Positions 41,410-50,861 of a stretch of 64,000 nt of DNA are shown here, piece by piece. Under the pieces are notes generated by a model. That model had not been told where the DNA came from, made no database searches, and saw only the letters and a list, made by a program, of their open reading frames with translations. How positions within the stretch are numbered: position 1 is the stretch's first letter; every line of letters starts with the position of its first letter. Both the position numbers and the translations under genes were made by a program. This stretch comes from a virus (Duplodnaviria; Caudoviricetes). The stretch lies in IMG/VR virus record IMGVR_UViG_3300021431_000084, one strand, 5' to 3'.

Positions 41410-41534
41410 AGAAAACTCCTTTTATCATTTTCTAATATTGTAACATTTTTTTTGACTTTTCCAAAGAAAAATTTGTATAGGTGCGGGCGTTGTTCAAGAC
41501 GATCGCGGGGGTTAATTAAAACCCCCCGCATTGA

Positions 41535-41801
41535 TTACCTCCAACTTGATCTAACTATCCAACGCTTTCTTCCTTTGTCAAGATATAAAATACCGTGGTC
41601 ATCAAGATCGTACTCAGCCATATTATTAAGTGCCTCCATAGCTTCTTCCTTTGTGTCACAAACTATATCGTAATGTAGAGTTAAGTTACCATGATAACCT
41701 TTGGCAAGACCGGGAGTAAACGCAAACGCGTTCAAATGTCTAAGTATCTTGGACTCAGAAGTATTAAAATCATATGTAGTATATTTATAGTTAAGTAACA
41801 T
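41535..41801 (-). CDS. Hypothetical protein
   Basis: 88 aa, followed by the hairpin GCGGGGG...CCCCCGC (41505-41529). Confidence 0.55.
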   Translation of the reverse strand: MLLNYKYTTYDFNTSESKILRHLNAFAFTPGLAKGYHGNLTLHYDIVCDTKEEAMEALNNMAEYDLDDHGILYLDKGRKRWIVRSSWR

Positions 41802-41803
41802 AT

Positions 41804-42121
41804 TTAATTCACCCCCATTATCTTGTTCTCGTTCTTGAGTGTCGCATCGACCCTCGCCGCAAGCTCTCCATAAGTTAAAATTCTATTTTGATGTTCATCA
41901 AAATTACCATTATTAAACTCAAATAAAAAATCTTCGTAAGTATAATTGTCATCACACTCACAAAAATTAACTTCTTGTTTACAATGAATACAGTAAAGTT
42001 TTTTTAAATGTCCTTGTTCTCGATACTGACATCGTTTTCGAGCAATATTTATGCCCTTATTCCCACACTTGCAACAATAAAACTCGTGCGAGAAATCAAA
42101 GCTTCTATTTTGTTTTCCCAT
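41804..42121 (-). CDS. Zn-ribbon hypothetical protein
   Basis: 'FYCCKCG...GHLKKLYCIHC'. Confidence 0.65.
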   Translation of the reverse strand: MGKQNRSFDFSHEFYCCKCGNKGINIARKRCQYREQGHLKKLYCIHCKQEVNFCECDDNYTYEDFLFEFNNGNFDEHQNRILTYGELAARVDATLKNENKIMGVN

Positions 42122-42162
42122 TCATTATCACTTCTTTCTTTTCTATTTTTTTTTACATATAT

Positions 42163-42191
42163 ATTATATCATAAAAAAGAAGTTCTGTCAA
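42163..42191 (-). promoter_or_regulatory. sigmaA promoter
   Basis: TTGACA-17-TATAAT with TG. Confidence 0.85.
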
Positions 42192-42214
42192 TATAAATTT
42201 TTATAAATAGGTAT

Positions 42215-42243
42215 AAAAAAAGAGGACTCTAAACGAGTCCTCT
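42215..42243 (-). terminator. Intrinsic terminator of the structural cluster
   Basis: AGAGGACTC-taaac-GAGTCCTCT with A-run. Confidence 0.85.
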
Positions 42244-42249
42244 AAAATT

Positions 42250-43464
42250 TTAAACAGTAGGTTTTGGATAAATAGCTTCCATATCATAGTAAGCATTTTG
42301 AATTTCTGTCCAACAGTTTCTAGTAGAACTTTGTAAAGTTGGAAGATGTTCTGTTTTAGTAAAATCACGAACATATGTTTTAATGTTTACTAATGCTTCA
42401 TCAAGATTACCTTTTAAAGTTTCACCAAGGCTATGATAAGTAGCATTTTCTTCTTCATCTGGTAATTCAACATCTACTGAATAAGTATAATAATCTTTAT
42501 AGAAATTATAACCAAAATCAGATGCAGTAGGTTGGCATAAGAACTTGAATAATAAGTTCTCAAAACCATCAATAACATTAAGCAATCCTTCTGCTTCCAG
42601 CATAGCCACATCTATTGCCGTCATATTAGCAGCGGTTTGAGTAGTATCATAATCGTCAAATGTCTTTTTAACTGTTCCTGTTGGATTATTTTCATCTTCA
42701 AGATACAAACCAAGTCTATTAATATGAGTACCATACAATGCAGCGCACTGAGGATAATCTGTACCGAGGTTTGGTTCACCGGGATGTTGAGTTAAATATT
42801 CATAGATACTATTTCTTGCAGTCTTACAAGCATTAAAATCATTAAGTTGATTAGTATATGGATCATCCCAACCAATAATATATCTAATAGGAAGATATTT
42901 AGCAATAAAAGCTTCTCTTGCAGCATCCCATTCGCTTCTTCTAGTTTCTGGAAGAGGCATATCTGCCCAAGTTTGCATTTGATGACCAAGTTCTGACATT
43001 GTATTTATATCTTCAATAGGAATTTGCTTTTCCTCATGTACTCTTTCGGCTTCAGCAGCAACATATACATAATTGTAGTGATGATTATCTGTTCTTGTAA
43101 TTGTAGCCATAAAATCTTGCATTTCACGTTCAAAAAGAACATCTGAATTTTTATCAGCTTTTACATTACCTTGGTTATCAACATAGAGTCTATAATAAGT
43201 ATATCCACCTCCTTGTTCTTCTTGACCAAGAATAAGTGTAGTGAATACATTATTATCTCTTGCATCTTGAATTTGTCTCTCAATTGTTTTATGTTCACTA
43301 CCAACAGTAAAACGAGAGAAAAAAGCTTGAAGAATATTAGATAAACTTGTACTTTTTGAACGTCTAATTTGGTTTGTGTCTTGTGAACTTAATTCTATTA
43401 AATCAGATGTATATAACTGATCACTTGAGGAAGCAGGAAGGTCATATATTTTCTTATTTGCCAT
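42250..43464 (-). CDS. Putative structural protein ('KI.(D/E)L' N-terminal motif)
   Basis: N-terminal 'KKIYDLPASSSDQLYTSDLIELS' shared with 45837 and 46726. Confidence 0.55.
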   Translation of the reverse strand: MANKKIYDLPASSSDQLYTSDLIELSSQDTNQIRRSKSTSLSNILQAFFSRFTVGSEHKTIERQIQDARDNNVFTTLILGQEEQGGGYTYYRLYVDNQGNVKADKNSDVLFEREMQDFMATITRTDNHHYNYVYVAAEAERVHEEKQIPIEDINTMSELGHQMQTWADMPLPETRRSEWDAAREAFIAKYLPIRYIIGWDDPYTNQLNDFNACKTARNSIYEYLTQHPGEPNLGTDYPQCAALYGTHINRLGLYLEDENNPTGTVKKTFDDYDTTQTAANMTAIDVAMLEAEGLLNVIDGFENLLFKFLCQPTASDFGYNFYKDYYTYSVDVELPDEEENATYHSLGETLKGNLDEALVNIKTYVRDFTKTEHLPTLQSSTRNCWTEIQNAYYDMEAIYPKPTV

Positions 43465-43477
43465 TTATTTAACCTCC

Positions 43478-45112
43478 TTATACTTGTGTAAGTGTATATT
43501 GAATTTGCATCGCTTGGTCTTCTGTCTTAGAGACAGGTGACGCAAGATTATTAATTGTTGCGAGATATGGAGTAAAGAGATAAGTAGTAAAGAATTCCTC
43601 TCTTGCACCACTACCAATGCCAATATCATTCGCTCTAGCTTCAACCAACCATAAAGGTGAAATTGGATTAGGTTCTACAAATTTAGCGAAAAATCTACTT
43701 TCATATTCAGAAGTTTCAATGTCAATTCCTGACCTGTAATAACTAGAAGGATAAAGCTTATCATTATTTATACACCAGCCATTACAACTATAATAATTAC
43801 CCACCCAACGAGTCATCGCAGTAGTATGTGAATAATGTCCAGCATAAAAAGTAAACAAAGGATGATCAGTTGCTGGATTTTGAACCTGTTCTATTTGAGT
43901 AGTCGTACCAGTACTTATATTTACCTTTCTTAAATATTGGAAGCCGTATTGATCAGTATAATAAATTGGATAATAAAATGAATTATCATGAATAGGAATT
44001 TTAGGATTATATTGACTATAAATTTCACTGCTTGCAAACATTTCATCATAAGAAGCAATACTTTGATTTAATAAAGTAATGTCAATTTCATCATTAGCAT
44101 TTATTGCAAATTCATACATTTGACATTTATTTACATCTACATTTGGTTCTCCCCTAAACAAGACAACCCATCTATTATTATCTGGATCAGGATACATAAT
44201 TGGCACAGGACAATATTCAGGGGTATAATTAGTATTGTGAACACTATTCCAAGTTAAATCATAAGTTTTGTAAAAAATTCTTACATTATCCTTATATTGC
44301 GACCATGTATTGTAGTATGGATAATCATTTAAACCATAGTTAAGAGGATTTATTTTTATTTTTGTAAAAGTAAAATGCCAAATTCGTGTTTGACCCCAAC
44401 TATCACTTCTACCAGGAGCACGTTCTCCATATTCACCCCAGACTTGTAAACCATATCCATAATTTGTATTATAGTCATACCATTGATAACCAATATTTTG
44501 ATTTGGATTTACTGTATAAAGATAATTAAAATCTGTATTTCTTGAAAAATGTCTACCATTAGTTATATTTATAAAATTATAACAATTGTCAAGATTTTGA
44601 TTGGCAGTTAAACCAACATTTCCTCCCCATTTAGAAGTTAAACACACAGATTGAATAATTCCATTACCTTTATCAGGTCCAAAGTCCCAAATATAGGTGT
44701 AACTATTTCTATCGGCTCCTTGTGCTGAAAGGTTTGAAAGTGTTCCAAGTTTTGGGTTGAGAACTGCGGCGTTGGTGTTGTAACCCGCATGGGCCACTAA
44801 ACGATTTTCGTTTTCACAAGGCGGATAAATATTATCAGCATTTTCCGTAATAGGATTTTCAAAACACATTACTCCACCAAATAATTGTCTAATAGGAAGA
44901 AGCAAATTATTACCAAAACAGATATTACCAAAATAATTGGTTCTAAACATATTTGGAACCGCATTGGTAATCATATTGTCTTTTTCAATAATATCATTTA
45001 TTTTACCCGACTTGGCATCGGTTAAAATAATTTTTGTATGTCCCTTAATTTCTGGCAAAGAGGGACCTGCATGTCCCAAAGTAGGGACAGGTATATCATT
45101 ACTTATTTTCAT
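43478..45112 (-). CDS. Putative tail/receptor-binding structural protein
   Basis: 'KGHTKIILTD..N.IT', 'WDFGPDKGNGII', C-terminal 'LATINNLASPVSKT..M.IQYTL'; Asn/Tyr-rich variable core. Confidence 0.6.
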   Translation of the reverse strand: MKISNDIPVPTLGHAGPSLPEIKGHTKIILTDAKSGKINDIIEKDNMITNAVPNMFRTNYFGNICFGNNLLLPIRQLFGGVMCFENPITENADNIYPPCENENRLVAHAGYNTNAAVLNPKLGTLSNLSAQGADRNSYTYIWDFGPDKGNGIIQSVCLTSKWGGNVGLTANQNLDNCYNFINITNGRHFSRNTDFNYLYTVNPNQNIGYQWYDYNTNYGYGLQVWGEYGERAPGRSDSWGQTRIWHFTFTKIKINPLNYGLNDYPYYNTWSQYKDNVRIFYKTYDLTWNSVHNTNYTPEYCPVPIMYPDPDNNRWVVLFRGEPNVDVNKCQMYEFAINANDEIDITLLNQSIASYDEMFASSEIYSQYNPKIPIHDNSFYYPIYYTDQYGFQYLRKVNISTGTTTQIEQVQNPATDHPLFTFYAGHYSHTTAMTRWVGNYYSCNGWCINNDKLYPSSYYRSGIDIETSEYESRFFAKFVEPNPISPLWLVEARANDIGIGSGAREEFFTTYLFTPYLATINNLASPVSKTEDQAMQIQYTLTQV

Positions 45113-45814
45113 TTAATTCCCTCCTTGTTGTGTTAATACTATATCTATTGAACTATTATTTTCTATAAATACACTACAACCCGTGTCTTCGGTTGTTGTG
45201 TAGCTAGAATCTAACAGATTAGTCAATTCCATTTCAAAATGAATACCAAGTTCGTCTATTGAATATTTATGATTTACATTGGTTGTATCATAAACTAAAG
45301 CAGAAGGGTTTAATTTCATTCCTTCATATATAGAAACTGATAAATCAATATTATCTAAAGAATCCACATCTTTTAATTGTTTATTTATTGGTAAAAAGAA
45401 ATGTAAAGTATAAACTCCTGTATTTTTATATTTCAAAATTCCACTATAAATTTGTTTTGATAATTCAATAGTTTCTCCATCTTGAACAAAAACATCTTCA
45501 AGAGCAGTTTTTATATTACCAATATCTGTTGTATTTGTTTCAATAGCGGGTGTAATTGCATTATTCAAATAGGTTGCAATAGTGGTAAAAGTACCACCAA
45601 TTCTTCCTTCCAAACCATTTAAATTAGTACAACTAATAGGTGTACCAGGACGACTTACCGTTCCATCTGAACGCTGAACATCAACTACTAAGGTCTGAAC
45701 ATTTAAGCCAGAACCTTCAAAATTTTGAATTGTAAGTTGTCTTCTGATAGGATTTTCCGCTATTCTTGTTTGCCATTGAAAGGGTTGCCAACCCGGATCA
45801 AATGTACCGGCCAT
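45113..45814 (-). CDS. Putative structural protein
   Basis: 233 aa, 'GTPISCTNLNGLEGRI' tail-fibre-type motif. Confidence 0.55.
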   Translation of the reverse strand: MAGTFDPGWQPFQWQTRIAENPIRRQLTIQNFEGSGLNVQTLVVDVQRSDGTVSRPGTPISCTNLNGLEGRIGGTFTTIATYLNNAITPAIETNTTDIGNIKTALEDVFVQDGETIELSKQIYSGILKYKNTGVYTLHFFLPINKQLKDVDSLDNIDLSVSIYEGMKLNPSALVYDTTNVNHKYSIDELGIHFEMELTNLLDSSYTTTEDTGCSVFIENNSSIDIVLTQQGGN

Positions 45815-45836
45815 TTTTCGCCTTTACCTCCTTATA

Positions 45837-46721
45837 TTAAAATAATCCACAGGTTATGCAAGTTGCACCATCTGTAATCTCGTTTTCATTGTCATATAGG
45901 TCATCTCCTGCATCATAGGCACCCTCTGCCGCATTATTACCATTACATCCCCTTAAAACATAGTCCAGAGTCCAAACAGAAGGAGTGACAAGACCTGAAT
46001 CCTGAATTCCTTGAAAAGTTTGTGTTTCTGAAAAATAAGGAATATTTTCATAGTAATGCCCTTTAATCGAAAGTATGTCAGCATTAACACTTGGTTGAGA
46101 AATTGCAAATGGCTTAATTGTTTGTTGGTCACTAAATCTACCAACTTCTAATTCCATTCCAATTGTACCATCCCAACGCTGTTCTTCAGAGAAACCAATT
46201 ACTGTAAGAACTGTAACCGATGAGTTTCTTTCAACTACACCAGTTCCGCCTTCTAATCGAATATAAACTTCCCATCTATATTGTGTTTCAGCGACAAGAG
46301 AAGGAATATGATAACCAAGGTTTAAAGTATGATAACCATCACTTTTCCATGTTTCTATTGGTGTTCTACTCATTTCTGTACCATTCAAGCGATAAGAAAT
46401 ATAAGCAACAATTTGAGTAGAACCTTCATTGAATGTCGTGTTTATTGTTGTTTCTGTCCAGTTATCTACATCAGTATCTCTATTAAGAGAAAAACTTAAT
46501 TTATTAATCATCATATTTGATGTAGAAACTGGAATATCATAAGCATTAGCCTGATAGAAGAATCCTAATTGAGTATTAACACCCAAAGCCTCTCCTAACT
46601 GACCTAAACTCATTTTGTTAGAAAGTATACCCCCAAAACGAGGTTGAGAGATTTCTAACATATCACTTGTATTTAAGTCTTCAGCAGAACTTAATTCTGA
46701 TATTTTAACTAAATCTGACAT
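45837..46721 (-). CDS. Putative structural protein ('KISEL' motif)
   Basis: Paralogous to 46726..47295. Confidence 0.55.
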   Translation of the reverse strand: MSDLVKISELSSAEDLNTSDMLEISQPRFGGILSNKMSLGQLGEALGVNTQLGFFYQANAYDIPVSTSNMMINKLSFSLNRDTDVDNWTETTINTTFNEGSTQIVAYISYRLNGTEMSRTPIETWKSDGYHTLNLGYHIPSLVAETQYRWEVYIRLEGGTGVVERNSSVTVLTVIGFSEEQRWDGTIGMELEVGRFSDQQTIKPFAISQPSVNADILSIKGHYYENIPYFSETQTFQGIQDSGLVTPSVWTLDYVLRGCNGNNAAEGAYDAGDDLYDNENEITDGATCITCGLF

Positions 46722-46725
46722 TTTA

Positions 46726-47295
46726 TCAACCTCCTACTGTTTGGCATACACAAATGCATTTATATGGATCTACTATACAGGTTCCGCCTTCCGCCCTCAT
46801 ATACACACCAAAAGTATATTCTTCTTCTGGTCTAAGCATTGCGGATATTGCACCTAAATTAACCGTATGATAGCCGCCAACATCAAAAGTAACAACTGGT
46901 CGTCTACCAATAATTGCACCATTTAGTACATAAGCTACTTGTAAAGTTATTTTATCTGAACCTTCAGGCATATATGTTCTAAATTGAACTTCGCACCACG
47001 CATCCCAGTTTGTCCAATTTTCTAATTCATCATTTTTAGATTGAGGAGAAAAAGTTACATTTACAACTGGTCGTAAGATATCATCTGGATAAAAACCAAT
47101 TTCAAGTTCATTAGTTCCAGTATAGTAACCTAATGAAGTCATTTTCTTATACTTGTTTTCAAGTTGCTCTAAAGTTACTTTCTTTGTAATAAAATCATAC
47201 TCTGGATTTTCTGTATTTACTTGAGAGATTTCAAACATATCTTGATAAGCTAAATCATTAGCTGAATTTAAATCAGATATTTTAAGTTTATCCAT
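46726..47295 (-). CDS. Putative structural protein ('KISDL' motif)
   Basis: Paralogous to the N-terminal two-thirds of 45837..46721. Confidence 0.55.
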   Translation of the reverse strand: MDKLKISDLNSANDLAYQDMFEISQVNTENPEYDFITKKVTLEQLENKYKKMTSLGYYTGTNELEIGFYPDDILRPVVNVTFSPQSKNDELENWTNWDAWCEVQFRTYMPEGSDKITLQVAYVLNGAIIGRRPVVTFDVGGYHTVNLGAISAMLRPEEEYTFGVYMRAEGGTCIVDPYKCICVCQTVGG

Positions 47296-47330
47296 AACTT
47301 TCCTCCTTTATCTCAATATTTCTCTATAAA

Positions 47331-47369
47331 ATATGAAAAAAAAGAGGGGTAGATTATAAAAATCTACCC
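47331..47369 (-). promoter_or_regulatory. Putative phage-specific promoter GGGTA-N29-CATAT overlapping a terminator
   Basis: Fixed-spacing motif; hairpin AGGGGTAGATT...AATCTACCCCT. Confidence 0.55.
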
Positions 47370-47377
47370 CTATATAA

Positions 47378-47563
47378 TTAGGCTTTTTCTTCCCAAACTT
47401 TCTCAGAAGAAAGTATATAAGTTTTTGAATTTTCAATACAAAATATTTCACTACCCGGTACGATGCCTTCAGTTGGAGCTGTTTCAATATCAGAGGCATT
47501 GTCCGCGCAGAATTTTTTAATACCATGAGCAATATGATTTCCATTCTGTGTGATTGAATACAT
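47378..47563 (-). CDS. Small hypothetical protein (possibly virion-associated)
   Basis: 61 aa, AGGAGG RBS, own promoter and terminator. Confidence 0.65.
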   Translation of the reverse strand: MYSITQNGNHIAHGIKKFCADNASDIETAPTEGIVPGSEIFCIENSKTYILSSEKVWEEKA

Positions 47564-47601
47564 TTATCATTCCTCCTTTTTGTAAATTTTACTTTCATAG
47601 A

Positions 47602-47640
47602 ATTTGAAATTTTATAAATATAAGTTTATACTTTCTGTCC
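47602..47640 (-). promoter_or_regulatory. Putative phage-specific promoter GGACA-N29-CAAAT
   Basis: Its -10 block CAAATTCTATG is identical to the 5138 site. Confidence 0.6.
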
Positions 47641-47662
47641 AAATAAAAAAAGGACGGAAGGA

Positions 47663-48235
47663 TTAAACCATTCCGCCCATTATCTTATTATATTCTTCTG
47701 TAACTTCTCTTTCTATTTGCTCTATTGGAACCGGCTTTAAATCATGTGCATCAACCTCACAATGATATATTAAACTTTTATTAAAATCAAGAAATCTATC
47801 TTGTGTATGGCGATGACCACACAAGTTAATAATTCGTCTTTCTAATGGCTTCTCATAATCATAATTTTCTGTTATTGTTGGATAATGAGTTAACCAAAAG
47901 GAAAAACCATTATGTTTAAGAGCAATTACTGGTTTAATTTCTACAATTTGTTTTAATTTAAGATATTCTTGTATCTTCTTTTCTGAGTCATGATTGCCTA
48001 TAACTACATGGATACGACCATTTAATCTTCGTATTTTATTCAAACCATCTTGTATATCGCGTCCAAATACCAAGTCACCAAGAACATATACATCATCATC
48101 CCATCCAACTACCTTATTATGATTTTCTATAACTGCTTTATTCATTTCTTCCACATTGGCACAACCACGAGGGCCCCATATAAAGTTGCGGTCGTGATTA
48201 AAATGCCAATCACTTGTTACATAAATAGCACTCAC
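47663..48235 (-). CDS. Calcineurin-like metallophosphoesterase
   Basis: 'SDWHFNH', 'LGD', 'GNHD', 'THYP', 'GHRH'. Confidence 0.9.
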   Translation of the reverse strand: MSAIYVTSDWHFNHDRNFIWGPRGCANVEEMNKAVIENHNKVVGWDDDVYVLGDLVFGRDIQDGLNKIRRLNGRIHVVIGNHDSEKKIQEYLKLKQIVEIKPVIALKHNGFSFWLTHYPTITENYDYEKPLERRIINLCGHRHTQDRFLDFNKSLIYHCEVDAHDLKPVPIEQIEREVTEEYNKIMGGMV

Positions 48236-48250
48236 TTATTCTTCACCTCT

Positions 48251-48631
48251 TTACCAATACCTTGTTCCACAAAATTCACAATAATTGTCTTTTCCTATTC
48301 TGCCTCCGCAACAAGAACATATCGCGGGAGTGAGTCGAGCCTGCGGCTTACTCTTACCCTCAAGGAAGTACATAGCATCATTGTTCTTTTCTTCATATGA
48401 AAGTGCATCATAATCATCTTGTGTCTTTTCTGTTATATGAAACATTGTATTATCAAAACCAAAAGCCTTAGCAAAAGAAGAACTAAATTGTTCTGCTGTT
48501 ACTGTAAAAGTAGTCGAAAAACCATCTACCGCTTTTACGAAATCATCTAAGACTCCCTCTAATTCAAAACTCGTGCGGCGCGGCGTTCCCGGGATCTTCA
48601 TGACCAAGGACCGCACTCTCCCTTTAGACAT
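48251..48631 (-). CDS. Hypothetical protein, C-terminal Zn ribbon
   Basis: 'CSCCGG...CEFCG'. Confidence 0.55.
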   Translation of the reverse strand: MSKGRVRSLVMKIPGTPRRTSFELEGVLDDFVKAVDGFSTTFTVTAEQFSSSFAKAFGFDNTMFHITEKTQDDYDALSYEEKNNDAMYFLEGKSKPQARLTPAICSCCGGRIGKDNYCEFCGTRYW

Positions 48632-49075
48632 TATCTTTGTCTCCTCTCGCGAATCGTTCTTCTGTATACTCGACACTACAAATATAGCAAAGCCACGATT
48701 TACAAGGCTTATCAGTATAAGGGCATATACCCTTAAAATACTCTTGACTTCCTATATTATTCATTATCTCTCTCCTTTTGTACATTGGCAAAATATACAC
48801 ATCCATTAACATCACCTATTTTATCTCGGTATGGATGTGTACATCCGTGAAATGACATAAAAACGCACGGTACACATTTGTCATAATTTGCATAAGCACC
48901 ATAATTTTTATTGCTCATTCTTCACCTCTCAGCCAGCCAATACTAATTGACCATTTAATAAGATTAATAAACAGGTATGTTTCATCAAAGGAATGTGTTA
49001 TACAAGAACCAATACTCCACATCTTTTCCCATTGTTTATCAATTTTAATTCTGAATTTACATTTACTTTCGGGCA

Positions 49076-49354
49076 TTATATATCTCCTCCCATATCCGCA
49101 CTACAATTGGGACAAGTTTTATAATTGTCCATACATACTCCTGTTTCGGCATCCCAACTAAACTCTGTTTGACAATTAGAACATACTACCATATCAAATG
49201 ATCTATCTTTTGCAATTACTCGTCTATGAATCCAATACCCTGTTGGTCTTCCGGATATTCTTATACCTTGATTAACTCCATCTTTAAAACCTTCGTTATA
49301 GGCTTTATATTCTGCCCTGATTAATTCGCTTTTACTAATTAAATCATCACTCAT
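49076..49354 (-). CDS. Zn-ribbon hypothetical protein
   Basis: 'GYW..CSNC..CPNCSADM'. Confidence 0.65.
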   Translation of the reverse strand: MSDDLISKSELIRAEYKAYNEGFKDGVNQGIRISGRPTGYWIHRRVIAKDRSFDMVVCSNCQTEFSWDAETGVCMDNYKTCPNCSADMGGDI

Positions 49355-49625
49355 TTTCTGCCACTTTCGTTGCTATATAGATTAACCCCTTAGTATAATC
49401 CATATCTTTTATTTCTTCCTTATACTCCTCGTATTCTTCTGGTATATTATCATAACCAAAGCCGCACTCAACCGCCCAACTAAGTAAAAGTCTTAATCCT
49501 TCATTCTCTTTAAGTGCTTCAACAGCAAGATTATAGGCCTCTTGCTGTTTTAAATATTCGTTATATGAACGTGTACTTGTTGCGAATGGTCGAATTAAAT
49601 ATTTATTAGCTTCTTTACTTGTCAT
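49347..49625 (-). CDS. Hypothetical protein
   Basis: 92 aa coupled ORF. Confidence 0.55.
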   Translation of the reverse strand: MTSKEANKYLIRPFATSTRSYNEYLKQQEAYNLAVEALKENEGLRLLLSWAVECGFGYDNIPEEYEEYKEEIKDMDYTKGLIYIATKVAENE

Positions 49626-49824
49626 TATTTATTTCCTCTCGATTTATATGTTTTACAATCAATGGACAGTTTAATGAAGTAAATTCTAATTTACAACTAA
49701 ATTTTTCATCTATATATTGTTGATTTTCAAAATATGATTTAACACATAAAGGACATTTTAAGCAGTTACCTGTTTCATAATCATCTGGAACATTGAGAAT
49801 CGCTATTAAGGTTGCTTGTTTCAT
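49615..49824 (-). CDS. Small Cys-rich hypothetical protein
   Basis: 'CLKCPLC..CPL'. Confidence 0.55.
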   Translation of the reverse strand: MKQATLIAILNVPDDYETGNCLKCPLCVKSYFENQQYIDEKFSCKLEFTSLNCPLIVKHINREEINNDK

Positions 49825-50200
49825 TCTTCTTCTCCTCTCTCATGTCAGCCCCGCAATTAGGACAGAAATCAGACAATAATTCGACCTCATTAACAAGAAC
49901 TTGTGCTGAATCGTGGCAACAGGAACATTCGTGTCTATTAGGAGAGGCAATATAATTTCCTGCTTCTTCCCACGTTATCCACTCACCGTGAAGTCTTTCT
50001 TCCATTGGCCCCTTTTGGTGTCTTATATCATCAAACCATAAAACAGTTACACATTCATTCATTGGAATAATTTTCTGAATATGAAACATAGCTTGTTCCA
50101 TATTCTTAAATGCACCGTCTTTTGTTGCTAATGCAACTTCTTGGTCAAGATTTATATCAGGATTATTAAGTAATTCAATTATCAATTCTCTTCCTGTCAT
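49781..50200 (-). CDS. Zn-ribbon hypothetical protein
   Basis: 'GEW..CSCC..FCPNCGADM'. Confidence 0.65.
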   Translation of the reverse strand: MTGRELIIELLNNPDINLDQEVALATKDGAFKNMEQAMFHIQKIIPMNECVTVLWFDDIRHQKGPMEERLHGEWITWEEAGNYIASPNRHECSCCHDSAQVLVNEVELLSDFCPNCGADMREEKKNETSNLNSDSQCSR

Positions 50201-50203
50201 TCC

Positions 50204-50416
50204 TTATTTTCCTTGCTGGTCTTGTATTAAGTTATTAAGTTCAATTAAAAGTTTAGCCTGTTCTTCTGTATATGCTTCTTTTCCTGACTCGTCCCAGTCT
50301 TCAATCAGACCATTTTCATCTAACAAGCCAAATTCACAACAACCAATAGCTTGTGGGTTGCTTTTGCGTGGTTTACATTCGTTGATATATTTACAATCTT
50401 CACAACAAAATGTCAT
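50204..50416 (-). CDS. Small Cys-rich hypothetical protein
   Basis: 70 aa, GAGGTG RBS. Confidence 0.55.
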   Translation of the reverse strand: MTFCCEDCKYINECKPRKSNPQAIGCCEFGLLDENGLIEDWDESGKEAYTEEQAKLLIELNNLIQDQQGK

Positions 50417-50450
50417 TCTTTATCACCTCTCCAAATCTGCCCATTCCTCA

Positions 50451-50861
50451 TCACCTTATCAATAGATAAATAATAAGAATAAATTCTATTATATTGACAA
50501 CTATACTACATATTCTTAAAATTTTATCCCCATAATAATAAACTTTATTTTGAATTTCAAGTTTATATATAGTTTTTCTCTTATTCATCCGCTTATCTCT
50601 TTGTCTCATATCTGCTCCACAAGTCGGACAAAAGTCTAATATTTTATTGGGGTCTAAATATTGTCCACAATTAGAACATATCAAGTATTTAGTACCTTTA
50701 CATTTCATCCAATGTCCCGTTGGTTTTGCGTGTCTTTCTTCATAAAGTTTACCATTACGAATTGCTCGGTCAATTGCTTCTCTGTCTTCCGAACTTGTTT
50801 CAACTCCATTATCAAATAATCGAGTAAATGCATTTTCATCAAGATCAATTACAATTTTCAT
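50451..50861 (-). CDS. Zn-ribbon protein with C-terminal TM
   Basis: 'GHW..CSNC..FCPTCGADM', hydrophobic C-terminus. Confidence 0.6.
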   Translation of the reverse strand: MKIVIDLDENAFTRLFDNGVETSSEDREAIDRAIRNGKLYEERHAKPTGHWMKCKGTKYLICSNCGQYLDPNKILDFCPTCGADMRQRDKRMNKRKTIYKLEIQNKVYYYGDKILRICSIVVNIIEFILIIYLLIR

